DNA of 64,000 nt from Octopus sinensis. Its lineage: Eukaryota. The DNA lies in the NCBI RefSeq assembly GCF_006345805.1, contig NC_043013.1:5952001-6016000 (forward strand). The letters are read 5' to 3'. Both the position numbers and the translations under genes were made by a program. Below are positions 25,680 through 39,719 of this stretch, one piece after another. The notes beneath the pieces are model-generated. The model was not told the DNA's origin and ran no database searches. It saw nothing but the letters and a program-made list of their open reading frames with translations. Numbering within the stretch: the first letter of the stretch is position 1; each line of letters starts with the position of its first letter.

Positions 25680-26190
25680 TAATTTAGGTGCAAGGTTAGC
25701 AATTTTGAAGAGAGGATCAAAACCATAAGCCCCTGTACTTGATTGGTACTTCATGTCCATTGTACAAAAAAAATTCTGCCAGCTCAGTCTTAATAATAAT
25801 AATAATAATAATATTAATAATAGTAATAATAGTTTCAAATTTAGGCACAAGGGCCACCAATTCTGAGGAGGGTTAAGTCAATCACATCAACTCCAGTACT
25901 CTACTGGTTCTTATTTTATTGACCCCTGAAAGGATGAACGGCAAGGTCAACCCTGGCGGAATTTGAACTCAGACCATAAAGACAGACGAAATGCTGCTAA
26001 GCATTTTTTCCCAGCTTGCTGCCTTAATAATAATAATAATAATAAAAAATTTTTTTGACTTGGCATACTACCTATGTTTTGTAGAAGGACTGAAGTTGTT
26101 TGACTTGGACCCTAGTATTTTATTGAGTTTTGATTTTGGGGAAATAAAAGACATATTCAACTGTGTCAGAATTTGAATTCAAAATGTAGC
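25680..26190 (-). mobile_element. Head-to-tail array of about 3 family C SINEs joined by (TAA)n
   Basis: Repeated ...gcacaagg..aatttt...ggtactt...gaaaggatga...gaatttgaactcag units separated by (AAT)n runs at about 25790-25830 and 26025-26045. Confidence 0.75.
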
Positions 26191-26349
26191 AAAACTACAG
26201 TATTAAGTGTCAGGTGCTGCCCCAAGATATGGTTATTGCTAGTAGTTGTATAGTGTTGGTAATGGTAGTAGTAATACTAGCAGCAGCAGTAGTAGTAGTA
26301 ATAATAGTAGATTTACAGCTTTGTTGCAAGACTTCAAATACTGAGGAAG

Positions 26350-26878
26350 AAGTATAGTTTGATATATGACTGGTACTTTATGTTATGAACTGCTTCACCA
26401 CTGTCTCCCTCTCTGTATCTGAACTGAGAACGAAGGCGGTGGGAGGGGAGGACACAGAAACACCGCAGAGCATTCATTCAGTCCAATACCCCACTATTGC
26501 AGTCACTTTACAACGACGACGACGACGACGACAACAACAAGCTCTGTGGTGAGACAAAACTGCTCATTTACAATAGTTAAGTGCGGGACATTACAATTCA
26601 TCAGATGCAGATAGGAAGAAACAGGCTTAGCAGCCCAACCTCTTCATTGTTCCAGCGACAAACAAACAAACAAAAAACCCAGCATACAGAAACATTATTT
26701 CATATCCTATTCATACACACACACACACACACACAAACACAAAGCAAATCGTAAGCTTACTACTCAGTTCTCAGTACAAATGACTGGCAGAGCAACTAGA
26801 AAATGACAAGAGAGAAAAAAGACTCAAAGACTAGATGCACTGTGACAAGCCTGTTGTTGGTGCTGCTGTTAACTACTA

Positions 26879-26912
<34 letters not shown>

Positions 26913-27330
26913 AACTGCTGCTGCTGCAACTGCTGCTACTACACTGATGCTATTTAAGAATGAGGAGGAGGAGTTGGTCTGCAAAACAACAAGAAAGTCG
27001 ATCTGTCGGTGGTAAAAGCTATTGATTAACAGAAACTGTTTCAGCGTAGGGCTTTCGCTTTCGACGGATGCCAGTCAGGCACAACCAAGCTCTGAGATGA
27101 GTTGTAATTTTTATGGGTACATATGGGATGGTAGAAAGAAGAGGAGGAAGCAACAAGTACTTTGCACAAAAAAAAAAAGAAAAAAAGAAAAAGAAAAATG
27201 TGGTGTGGTGGTTGCGGTGGTGGTGGTGGTGGTGATAAGAAACAGTAACAAAGAAAAGTAAGCATAAAACAAAATGAAGACAAAATTGTCGACAACAACG
27301 ACAAGAGAATTATGTTAATATATTAGAGGT
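26350..27330. promoter_or_regulatory. CpG-enriched, triplet-repeat-rich non-TE region; candidate promoter or 5' exon
   Basis: About 20 CpGs, with (GAC)n, (TAC)n(TGC)n and (GGT)n tracts. No match to the repeat families seen here. Palindromic splice-donor motif gtaagcttac at 26751-26760. Confidence 0.3.
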
Positions 27331-29480
27331 TAAGAAGGAATGTAACTCAGGAAAATAAAAATATGAATTGAAGAGATAGAAATTAAAAAGTGCTTAGCAT
27401 CCATTAGATAAATTACATCTATAAAGACAATATATTGTGCATTTGTGCGACTGCATATACAGATTTGTGCAGGTGCATGTAAGCATGTATGCGCCTGAGT
27501 GCTTCTGTGTATGTAAATATATGCATATATGCATGCGCACACATGTGTGAAGGTAGATGCTTCTAAATGCATGCTTTAATAATGTGATGTAAATAAAAAA
27601 CAAAAAAAAAAGAAGAAACTAAGTGTGTGAATAGTAGGTGCCTGTATGTGTGAGTGTGTGTATTTGTGTGCGTGAGTCTGTAAATGTGTGTGTGTGTGTG
27701 TGTTACTGAAGTTATTTTCCCACTTTAGTAAAGTGTTTTATCAGCAAGATAGGGAGAGAAAGGTGACAGTGGAAACAGGGGGGATATTCATGACAGATGA
27801 AGGAGCGACTACAGAGACATTAGTGACAGATAAAGGAGAGGTCGGTGAAGTACCATTGAGAGAGATGAAGGAGAGGCTGGTGAGAGAGTCGTTGGTAAGA
27901 GAGGGGAGGGGGAGGAGTAATAATGGCAACAACAAAATCACAGATGCAAGAACAAACATAAACAATAAACAGAAAACAAGCTGAAGAGATTTTAGCTGGA
28001 GATAAAGGAGAGAATGGAATGGATGTATGTCAACAACAGGATGAAGAAAAGTCTTGTCAATTATTGAGCATTGTGATGGACAATATATATGGATATATGA
28101 GAGGCACAAGCATGGCTGTGTGGTTAAGCAGCTTGGTACCCAACCATGTGGTTTTAGGTTCAGTCCCACTGCATGGCACTTTGGGCAATTGTCTATTATA
28201 CCTTCAAGTTGACCAAAGCCTAATGAGTGGATTTGGTAGACGGAAACCAAAAGAAGCCTGCCGCATATGTATGTATGAGTATATATCCTTGTCTTGACAT
28301 CATGTGATGATTGGAAACAAATGTCGCCATAATGCAATTGATGTTGTTTGTTTCTAGTTCTTCCATGAAAAAACATGTCTAGCCATAGAGAAATATTATC
28401 TTGGCTGGAAATATGAGACCATTAGCAACAGGGAGGGCATCCAGCCACAGAAGACTTGCCTCAAAACGTTCCATTTGACCTATGCAAGCTTGGAAAGGTG
28501 GAATTTCACATGATGTATGTATGCATGCATATGTAACATGTACACTTGGCAATCTCACTTAGGGTGTTTAAAAATCTAAGTTTGACAAACAAGGGAGATA
28601 ACTCCAATAATATCAACTAATAATTTTTGACAAAATAAAATACATTGCAGTAGTTATTAGTTGATCTTGTCTAAAGCTAACTGGTGGAAATTAACTGTAT
28701 ACATTGTGAAATATCTAAGTTCTTGGTTTGAATGTGTAGATCTATAAACAAAAGGCATGCCAATGATGACCATCCAGTCTTTTTTTTTATATATACAATA
28801 ACATATCTAGGACAACATATTCAATGTTCTCTTCCTTTTTTTTCACAAAGGTAGGGCATAACAAAACAAAAATTTGACTACTATTTCCAGCAGGCTGAAC
28901 AAACTTGTTGAATGTCTCTCCTTGAAGTACCTAAAACAAAAACAATAAATGAAGTTGTTCCACAAAGCATAGATCTTCATCAATCATCATTTAACCCCTG
29001 CCTTAGCATGAGTTGGATGGTTTGACAGGATCTGACAAACTGCAGGACTGAATTCAGCTCCTATATCTGTTTTGGGTATAGTTTCTATAGCTGGATGCCT
29101 TTCTTAATGTCAACCATTTTACATAGTGTACTAGGTGCTTGTGTCATGAAACTAATACTTGATAGGTGGTCAAGTAGGAGAGTAGTAGAGAGGGATGTGG
29201 TATAATACAGGATGTTGAGAGGCTAAAGTATCATAGATGGACAGATAGCTGTCTTGCTAGAGAGAAGGTACATGGTGCTCTGCAAAATCATCATTCTTTC
29301 TATATGGAAAACACATGCTAACTTGATGTGCTCTATCTATAGATTGATCTCAAATGGTTTTATTGGTTATCTCTGTGTTCTAAGTAGGGATTGACTCAGA
29401 CTATCTACCTAATATCAGCTACACAGCAACAAACAGGGTGCGATGCCTCGTGAAGTAGGAAGCTCTATCACTTGTCACAG

Positions 29481-29517
<37 letters not shown>

Positions 29518-29878
29518 AGAGAGTTTGCAATGCTTAATGAGATGGGTCCTATATTTCCTGTCCCCCAAAAAAGGGTTTCAGACAATAATGCTATACCTTT
29601 CAACACCATAACTTTAAAAAAAACACAAAAAAAGATTTCTTATGCATAAAGCAGCTAATTTTGGGGGAGAGATAAAGGGGATTCATATATGATCCTCAGT
29701 GCATTACAGGTACATATTCTAATGTCCATCCCTCTTCTGGAAGAGGAAAGACAAGCAGATATTTTGAGTGACAAACAAAGATCTGTTGAAGAAAGATTCC
29801 AGCAATGCTGATAGAAATTCCAATACAAGTAGCAAAAATCTTAAGTAGGCTGGAGAACTTTTGGGCTCGATAAAGATA

Positions 29879-29882
<4 letters not shown>

Positions 29883-29958
<76 letters not shown>
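29883..29958. repeat. (AG)38 perfect microsatellite
   Basis: Seen directly. Confidence 0.95.
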
Positions 29959-29960
<2 letters not shown>

Positions 29961-30574
29961 GTTGGTTAGGAAGTTTGCTTAACAAACAAACACATGGCTC
30001 TGGGTTTGGCCCCACTGTGCAGCACCTTAGGCAAGTGTTTTCTACAAATACTTTGCAGGAGAAAATGGTAGACATTTACAGCACAGAAGTAAGTCACATA
30101 CATACACAAACACGTACATTTTTTTTACCAATGAACACTGAGAAGATAACCAATAAACAGACATGTTCAAACAGAAGTATCTTGCAGTATATATTTCATT
30201 CAAGTTGTCCAGGCAGTCCCTTGTCGGTTTTGCCATGCACTGAACTAGTGAACAGTTCATTACATTTGTGGCAAATCCATGAGTGGTTATTTGAAAACTT
30301 AAAAATCAATAACCCTCTATTGTTTACAGAATGCATGATATTAACATAAATAAATAAATAAAAAGGTAGGTGAAGCATAACATTAGACAAAGCATCCCTT
30401 GCCCCACATCAATGTATCAAGCAGCAGAAAGACCCTAGAAAATAACGAGGTGTTTAACAGACTTCATTTCCTGTGCAGGAAACAGAGGAGCTTGTTGTAG
30501 CAGCAGCAGCCACCTGTGTTTGGAATGGGATGGAGGAATATAAAGATGGAAGTTCAATAACTTTTTTTTCTTCT

Positions 30575-30968
30575 TTTACGCATTTCAGTCATTGGACTGT
30601 GGCCATGCTGGGGCATTGCCTTGAAGGGTTTTAGTTAAAATCATCTGCAGTACTTATAATTTTAGTTTCAAGTTTGGTACTTATTGTAGCAGACTCTTTC
30701 GCTGAGCTGCTAAGTTACAGGGATGCAAACAAACCAGCACTGGTTGTCAAGAAGCAGTGTGTGTGTGTGGGGGAAGAAACACAACACAAAGACATGCACA
30801 CACATATATATGATGGGCTTTCTGCAGTTGCTCTCTACCAGTTTCACTCACAAGTCTTTGATCAACCAGGGGCTATAGAAGACCTTTGCCTGAGGTGCTG
30901 CGCAACAGGAATGAACTGAAGACCACAGGGTTGGGCAGCAAGCTTCTTACCCACACAGCCATGTCTGT
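30575..30968 (-). mobile_element. SINE family A, near full length
   Basis: Collinear with the reverse complement of 40141-40478, including the head end (aagcttcttacccacacagcc). Confidence 0.85.
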
Positions 30969-32256
30969 GTTGTGGAGAATATTTAAGAAAAAAAAAAAAA
31001 AGGTATTGATTTATTTATATTGAGTGCAGTTAGTCATGGTAATGAGAGAATTGACTGAAATAGTACAGCAGTGTGAAACATTTCTATTATGGCTCAGACT
31101 TAAACTTTGTGGTGTCAGATAATGAAACACTCAGTTATCTTTGTATTTTCCCCCACTCCTTACATGGTACTTATTCACAGCTTGGTGGATGTTGTTGATA
31201 GAACTAGATGGAGGGTTGTCTTGGTGATAGACATGGCACCATGCCAGTGATGGAATATGAACTCTCAACCACAAGTCGTACACTTTATTAACTTGGCCAA
31301 AGAATTTTCCTCTTGTGATCGAGTATGAATTTAATAGGCCTCCCCTCGTTTAAAAATATAAATCACTAAAAATTAGTTACTCAGAGGCATCATCAATTGG
31401 ACAAAACAATAGTTAAGTATCACCATCATCATCATTTAACGTCTGCCTTCCATGTTGGCATGCATGGGTTGGATGGTTTGACAGGAGCCGGCAGTTCAGA
31501 AGACTGTGCCAAGCTCAACTGGGTACCCTTCCTAACACCAACACACTCTACAAGGTGTAATGGGTGCTTTTTAACTTGGCACTAGTACCACTGAGTGAGG
31601 TCGCCAAGTACCTTGTAAGACAAGACCCCTCAACCGAGTGGAGAGTGGTATTAAGAGAAGTGGCTTTGTGCTTGGTGATGAGAGGTTAGAGTATGGTAAA
31701 AGGACAGAAAATATATGAAATGAATATATAAGATGATTATATATAAATGTGTGTGTGTGTATGTTTGTATTTCCATGTCTAGAAACCATGTGATACTTGT
31801 ATAGTAGTAAATAAGTGTCATCCTCATATAAGTGGGGGCCATTTGTGTTCAATCTTCCATGGGAACACATCTATTCATGAGAAAATATTCCCTTGCTTGG
31901 ATGCAGGTGAAGGTTGGCACCTGGAAGGACATCCAGCTGTAGAAAATCTGCTTCAACAAATTTCATGATTCATGCAAGCATGGAAAAGCAGATAATAAAA
32001 ATATTGATGATGATGACATCTTTCCAATCACTGACCATTCAAACTGGAGCAAATGAAGTCATGAACTAACATTAATGGCTGTAGTAAGATTTAAACTTTA
32101 TTTAAACCGATCCGTGGTCCAGCACCTGTGCCTCACAGTTAACGTGTCACATATAACCACAAGGCCTCAAAATTTCCAATAATAATATTCTAGAATACAT
32201 TACTAAAAATGAATTAAATCAATCTCTAAATTGGAAATACTACCACATTCAGAGGC

Positions 32257-32397
32257 TCCTGATAAAGCAAAGACCCAATAATATAACCAATGTCCTACTG
32301 ACAAAGTTAGGTGCCTTCTGATATAGTCAAAGGCCTAATGACCAAAGTCAAGGGCCTATTGACATAGCCAAGAGCCCACTGACAAAGCCACAAGACT
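32257..32397 (+). repeat. Degenerate ~20-bp minisatellite, 7 units
   Basis: Units include actgacaaagttaggtgcct, tctgatatagtcaaaggcct, aatgaccaaagtcaagggcct, attgacatagccaagagccc, actgacaaagccacaagact. Confidence 0.75.
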
Positions 32398-33567
32398 GTA
32401 AAATTCACAACAACCAACAATAGAATTAGATCATTGATAAAATGAAAGTCAAAGAAATTTAACTGAAGCTGCCGCAAATGATGTTGGGGCAATCATTGAT
32501 TAAAGATTCGGAAGGAAAAAAAAACCCCACTTAAATCCTCAAAGTAAATTTTAAAAAACAATATAAAATGTCACATTTTAGTCTTGTGAATTGTTTTCAA
32601 ATATTAGATGTCACCGAACCCTACATTATCAGCATTTTCTGTGGATTTTAAAATAAAATAACAAAAACAAAACAAGCTCCAATTTCAAGTGTGTTGATGG
32701 CATTACATAAACATCAGCCAACTGCAATGATTCCCATCTCAAATAATTTCTGTCATTATACAGCCCTGTGTTCAAACAATCTACTGAAGAACAACATTTG
32801 TTCATCCATTCCATTCTTATTAAACGTGCCATTGATATATCTATTGTGTATTTGAACATGGATGGGGTTACTTTATTCTAACATAATAAAGCATACAAAT
32901 ATCCTTACCCCTTAAGGCAATTCTGTATTCACTACGTATTCAGTATCATTAATCTTCATCAGATGAAGCCAGGGCTTCCACAAAAGTTCCTACAATAAAC
33001 AAACAAAAAAATATAATGATAATAATAATAATAATAATAATAAAAGGTTTGTGTAATAATGAGTAAAATATGTATAAGCTAGCATCACCATCTCCTCTTT
33101 GCTGATCTGGATTGGATTGATCAAGAATACAGCATACCTACATACAATATACATGTGTGCATACCTACATACATTCTGGTGTAGTGATCTTGCGCTATCA
33201 CATTCTTGAAGCTTGCTATCAACAAAGCTGTTCTAATTAATTCTCCACAAAAGTGTCTTCTACCAGAAAAGAAGTCAAATAAGGACCCTCGAGACAGTTG
33301 TTTGAGATATTAAACAGCAGCCAAATCCCCCTCACTTCACACCTTACTGTTGGCAAAAGGAAAAACTCAGTGAACAATTTACCTGCCTTCATGTATTATT
33401 TTAGGAATTCTTGAGGGAGCAAAAATGAAAATGGTTCTAGCAGAAATTTAACATAGAAGCAAAATTAATTAATGCAATGCATTTAATTTGATACACCACT
33501 GCCCTGGTCATCTGTGTTAATAAAGATCTTTGAAATTAACACAAGTTTACAACTTTCAGATGAGGGA

Positions 33568-34330
33568 TATGCAAAGTGTGTTCCAGAAGTTTTGAGACTT
33601 TTTCAGAAGAGTCAGTTATTAATTTCAAAGGAGTACAAAACTCTAATCTTTTTCAAAGTGGGTTCCACTGACTAATGCTCTTGTGGTGGTGCTCTAAAGT
33701 AAGAGTGTCCAGGACACTTGTCATAGCCTCCTTCATCTTCTCCTTCAGCTCAGGGAGCAACCAAAAGTAGGGACTGTAGGGAGGGTAAGGTATAGTTTTG
33801 ATGCTCATCTTTGTCAAGTCGTTGGTCACTAGGAGAGAATGCGGACTAGTGCATTGCCCTGGTACGGGTACTCTGGCCTTTTGCTACAAAATCTCTTCCT
33901 GAACTCCTTCAAAAGTACTCTTTGTGGAGTATCTGACAAGAGGGAACCCAGTGAGTGCAGATGATGCCCTTGCTGTTGAAAAAAGCTGAATGTTATGAGC
34001 TTCCTGGTGGATCTGCTTTGCCTGGCTTCTTGTACTAGCAAAAAACAGAATCTTGTCTCATACAAGTTAATCCATATGCAATCTAAAGCATTTCACAAGT
34101 TTCTGTAGCAATTTTGTCCAGTTAAGCACAATACTTTACTGTACAGCGAGCTTCCAAATTGCCTTCAAGTCCTGAGTGCACTCCACAAACTAGTCAGCTG
34201 CAACAAGCAGTGATTAGTAGGCTGTGTTCTAAGTACTGTTACAGCTGTTTCCATTCTGGAATAATGAAAGTTGGCAGGTCAGCTTATCAGATGTAAAATA
34301 AATCTGCACTAAAATTACAATAATCTCAGA
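33568..34330 (-). mobile_element. Degraded mariner relic (second lineage)
   Basis: Minus strand pieces: ARQSRSTRKL, KEFRKRFCSKRP, QGNALV, VTNDLTKMSIKTIPYPPYSP, YFWLLPELKEK, MKEAMTSVLDTL. Left end tgtgttccagaagttttgagactttt is TIR-like. Right TIR not convincing. Confidence 0.8.
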
Positions 34331-36106
34331 CGGCTTCTCCTAAAAAAGAGACATACATTAAATATCCCATGCTAGTGCCACATAAAGGGTACCTACACTG
34401 GTGTTATGTAAAAAGCAGCCATGTTGGTGCCACATACAAAGCACCTATGATAGTGCCATGTGAAAAGCATTCAGTACATCCTGTAAAGTGGTTGGTATTA
34501 GAAAGGGGATCCAACCATAGAAACTATGCCAGAACAGACAACTGAAGCCTGTCGCAGCTCTCTGGCTTGGCAGCTTCTGTCAAAACCATCCAACCCATGC
34601 CAGCATGGAAAATGGACATTTAATGATGATGACAATACATTTTAGCACAGTCATTTTGGTGTTGCTGATTCAGCATTGACTTATTTGACACCAGATTGTT
34701 TAATGTTTCTCTCATTCTCTCCCTCTATCTGTATGTGTATATTTCTATGTGCATGCACACGCATATGTGTGTTTGCCTCTAGTGCCAAGATTACTGTCAC
34801 CAAAACAGGTAGCTGTGCCAAATAATCTACATCCAAACAACTACACCAAATTGTTTCATAATAAGATGGAATCAATTGCTACTTATTTTAGTAACCCAGA
34901 AGTGATGAAGGGCAGGGTTGATATGAACACAGAATATAAAGGGGTTGTAACCAAATATGACACTCTAACGGTTCCGTTTTTAAGTTAACCTTAAATTATC
35001 TAGTCTGGCTTGCAATCTTTGTCTTTGTTTAAATTTTTATGTTCCCTTTTCATTGAATAAATTGGTATGAAAGATATTTCTTTTTTTATATAACCATATA
35101 GCTAACCATGTTGAATTTATGTTTATTAATAGATTAGAATGGTTATACAATGGCCTTGAAGGTAGGTGCTTTTATCTTAATTTCCAAGCAAGGTAACATT
35201 TCTCCATGGCCAGATAGGTTTTTCATGGAAGGTTGGAAACAAGCAACATCATTTACAACTATTACATAATATCAAGACAAGACTAAACATACACATGATG
35301 GGCTTCTTTCAATTTCCATTTACCAAATCCACTCACAATGCTTTGGTTGGCTTGGGGCTATAAGAGAAGTTACATGCCCAAAATGTTTTTAAGACTAAAT
35401 CCAAGACCATATAGCTGGGAATCAAGTTTCTCAACCACACAACCACACCCAAGCCTATATCTATGTTATAGTAAATACTGAAGCTCTGACCTTTCAATCA
35501 GCAGTCCAACTTCTCAACAAATTAAAAAGAGAAAAAAATTTAAAACTAGACTTTAAAAGAAGCATCTTTTGGTAATAATTAATGACTTAAGGGGGATACT
35601 GTACCTCTCCTAATGATCCACTAAAATCATACTGACCTGCTGGTAGATAACAAATCAAATCTTTGAAAAGACTTTTGTATCAGCTAATACCATGAAAGTT
35701 AGGTTACTGAGTGTTTGAACTGTGATCAGAGACTTTCTACTCATGAGTATTCAAACTCGATATATCTAAAATTATATCATCGAATGTCCCCACCGCTCAT
35801 CCTAGTAGGCAAGGGATGATATATGAAGGAAATTTGGCTGCTATTTCTAGCTGTTCAAGCGACCACTTACAGGCTCACTTTGTTCCAGAGTTGGTTAGAG
35901 GAAGATGATTTGACTTGGGGGCAAGCCAGATTCCTTTAGACACTAGTTAACCTAAAGAAGATAGTAATGCAAACTCAGGACCAGGAATGGCAACCAGATG
36001 CAAAAGATATGTTCTGTTAATTCATACAAAGCCATTTAACATATTTTAGTAGAGGAAGGAGGCAAGGAATAAAAGTATTAAATAAATAAGTAGATAAATA
36101 AATAAG

Positions 36107-36137
<31 letters not shown>

Positions 36138-37459
36138 GTGTGTGTGTATACATATAATGTATGTACATATGCACATGTCTGTGTGCATTTGTGTGTATGT
36201 ATGTGTGTCCGTGTGTTTAAGAATCCAGAAGAATAGGAATGAACAAGCTCTAGTTTTGATTATGTTGTTCAAGTTAAGCAAGACTAAACATGTTTAAATA
36301 TATCAAAATTTAATCATTTATACACTGTGTAGTAACGTATGAATTTTTTATCGGGACATCCTTGCCAATTTTTTGTAACTTTCTCTTGAGACAAAACACC
36401 CACTCACTCATACTCACTGCTCGCTTTTGGTTGTTTTTATGTAATGAGGAAGCACCATTCACAGTTGAATTTTGCCAAATCTATCAACAGAGACAAGGAA
36501 TGTGAATGTTTATAACTATTTACTTTGAAAGTTTATTTTTTTTGTTTTTGATACTTTTTTTATATGAATATTTCATCTTCATTGTTGTCTTCATAGCTGG
36601 GTTCTTCTTAATTCATTTCATTCATCTATAAAAGATCCTTCCTTCCAGTCATTACGCTTGAACTGTCAATATCACCAGCCACTCATTCAACCATAACAAC
36701 ATGTAGTAACCATGGTAGTTGTTAGTGCTCACCACTTTCATTAATAACTAGCCACGCTAATAGGTTCTTTACAGTACAGTCCTCATTCCTTTGTAACAAG
36801 TGGCTTAATCCCCTCCATCATCTGCTAATGCACATCCAGACAGCTTGCATTTATGTTTTTCAAAACATTGCAGCAGTAAGCACATGTTCTGTGTAGGTTA
36901 GCTACATCAGCACTGATAGCAAAACATACCTTGCAAAGAATTCCTTTCGTTCATCATCACTGAGGCATTGTTTTCTATGTCCAGATACCCTTCCTGCTGC
37001 CAACCTTGTTTCTTAGAAATGAAACATTCCCCTATGATAGGATAAGCATTTTTTTTTCTTTTATGGAAGATTGGAAACGAAGAACATAACTTGCTTGTCA
37101 ATGATGCTTACTAAAAAGTGTCATGCAATGTCATGATAAAGAGCACAAACCAACCCACGTGCACACGCACACACATAAACACAAGTTTCTTTCATTTTCC
37201 ATTTACCAGAATATCTTGGTAAGGTTTTGGCTGGCCTGGGGCTGTAGTGGAAGACACTTGCCCGGGGTGGGACTGAACTTTAAATCATGTGGTTAGGAAG
37301 CAAACTTCTTAAATACAGTCATGACTGTGTCTTTAGCTATTGGTGAAGAAATCTCCTTGCTATAAAAAGCAACACAGAGCTCCAGAGTATAATTTTTTTT
37401 TACAGCACCAATGCCTGTAAAAATGATAACATTTGTATTAAACACTGCAGTTGTGTTTC

Positions 37460-37720
37460 AGTTGAGATTTGTACTGTCTTCAGATCCTATGTAATAGATA
37501 TTGTCCACAACCTGTAAAATTACACATACAACTGTCGATAATTGTCTCACAATGCATGCAATATTCATTACTTGGCGTCTTTGCTCTGGATTGACGATTA
37601 AACCAACTCGGGCAGCCACAGTCTGTAGATGTGAGAACAATAGAATTGTCAGCATAATCGAAAGTCACATGGCCTTTTCTCATCAGTCTGCTTTATACCA
37701 TCTTTCTCTGAAATGACTTA
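37460..37720 (-). pseudogene. RTE-type reverse transcriptase fragment
   Basis: DYADNSIVL (YADD motif), then after a frameshift LQTVAARVGLIVNPE (cf. AAxVGLxINxxK) and QVVDNIYYIGS (cf. EVVDxFxYLGS). Confidence 0.75.
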
Positions 37721-37924
37721 TTTTATTTACCATATTGAATAATGATGGTGAGATAATATCTCCTTGCATAATGACAGAACAGGAGTCACTTGGGAATGCT
37801 ACTAGTCCGAACAACTTCCTGCCAATGGCTGTAATTTACTAAATAGCTACATAATCAACACAATTTTTTTTTTTCAAATCCAGATACTTTGACATAATGT
37901 TTTTAGTTTTATTATTATTATAAT

Positions 37925-38720
37925 TAACACATTCTGAGTTCAAATTTTGCTGAGGTCGATTTTGCCTTTCATCCTTTGGGGGCAGGGGGTGTCGATAAAT
38001 CAAGTACCAGTGAAACATTGGGGATTCGACTAATTCCCTCCTTCAAAATTTCAGGCCTTGTGCCTATAGTAAAGAGGATTATTATTATTATTATTAAGGT
38101 GGAGAACTGACAGAATCGTTAGCATGCTTAGTGCCATTTTGTTTGTCTTTACACTGAGTTCAAATTTTGCCTTTCATCCTTTCAGGGTTGATAAAATAAG
38201 TATCAGATGAGCAAGCATTGCAATCAATGTAATCAACTTACACCCCTCAAATTGCTGGCATTGTGCCAAAATTCGAAACTACTACTACTACTACTACTGC
38301 TGCTGCTGCTACTACTACTACTACTACTTATCATTATTAAGGCGGCGGTGAGCCAGCAGAATTGTTAATTTTCATTTGTCTTTAAATTTTGAGTTCAAAT
38401 TCCATTGAGGGAGAATTTGCCTTTCATCCTTTTGAGGTCAAAAACCTAAGTAGCAATTGAGCATTGGGGTCGATGTAATTGACTTACCACATCCTTCGAA
38501 ATTGCTGGCCTTGTGTCAAAGTTTGAAATCATTATTATTATTATTAATAATAATAATAATAATAATAATAAATTCCACCAGAGTTAATTTTACTTTTCAT
38601 CCTTCCAGAGTAGATAAACTAAGTCCAGTAAAGTACATTACTCGATTTAATCAACTGTTTTTGCCTCCCAAAATTTCTGTGTACCAATGTTAGAAATCAT
38701 TATTATTACTATTATTATTT
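37925..38720 (+). mobile_element. Head-to-tail array of 4 family C SINEs
   Basis: Units begin at about 37925, 38096, 38337 and 38570. Each has gagttcaaatt..gcctttcatcc..aagtaccag..gccttgtg and ends in an (ATT)n or (ACT)n tail. Confidence 0.85.
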
Positions 38721-39081
38721 ATAATCAATATTTACTATAAACATCAGTCTTCAGTTTTCAGGCTGTACAGGATATTAGCCATGCATGCTAACACAGACAG
38801 ACACACACAAATACATACTGAAATAAAAAAAATGCCTATGCAACACAGAGAAAATACTTCCGCTATGCCAGAGAAGATAAGACATGAAATATGATCAAAA
38901 ATAGCCATGTTGTGGCTGCTGATCTTGTATTCTCTTGTTATCTTAGGCTATAGATCAGGAATCCTTTTACACTAGTATTAAATATATGTACATGTAATGA
39001 ATTTAATTGTCATACAAGGAAACATCATTCAACTGTAACAAATACTTGTCTTATTTACCCTTCAAAATACACACTCACTCA

Positions 39082-39119
<38 letters not shown>

Positions 39120-39719
39120 AATATACATACATATATATGAATAGATAGACAGGCAGGCAGATATTTCCATGTTAGCATGCACAAGAATCGTTTTCACATA
39201 AAACTGGACATTTGCATATTGCTGAAGCAAGCAATTTTACAGCTGGATGCTTCCATTTATAATATTTCTTTGTAATATTACAAGAAGTTAAACCATCTTA
39301 GACATTTAGACAACTTCATATTTTGCAAACCCACAAACTCTAAGCTCACAATTGAATATGTGTTTTACCTCCATTAGATATCAAACCAGTAGAAATGCCA
39401 GCAATGGATTCAATTAAACAGAGAACATCTACTACAAAATTGTCAGTGACCCTTGAAAAATTGTATATCGACAAATTGCACAGAGAAAGAAACTGAAATG
39501 AAAAATTCAATTATGCTTGTTTCTCTTAAAAAAAAAAATTTAAAAAAAATGGAAACCACACTGTTAGCTAACACATATAAAACATGTAGTAGGATCTGTG
39601 AGAATCAATACCTCAAATACTCTGAAATACTTAGTGATACAAGTAGTCGTGAACTGAAGACTATGTATTGCTTAGAAGCTTACAGACAGTAGTAGCTAAG
39701 TTCTATTCCATCCATCCAT

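Noticed and set aside
27741-28376. Longest ORF in the track (211 aa)
   Set aside because: It runs across an RTE 3'UTR-type purine/pyrimidine block and a family A SINE. No protein-like features.
29715-29875. Peptides faintly like type I restriction S-subunit helices (SIPLLEEERQADIL)
   Set aside because: Short, interrupted by stops, low information and in an implausible context. Most likely coincidence.
32257-32397. CRISPR-like array
   Set aside because: The units are contiguous and degenerate with no unique spacers, and the context is eukaryotic.
36418-36480. 63-nt minus-strand exon candidate (similar isolated ones at 2628-2755, 10368-10429 and 14957-15003)
   Set aside because: Splice signals are acceptable, but the peptides are unrecognisable and such pseudo-exons are expected by chance. 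No coherent chain.
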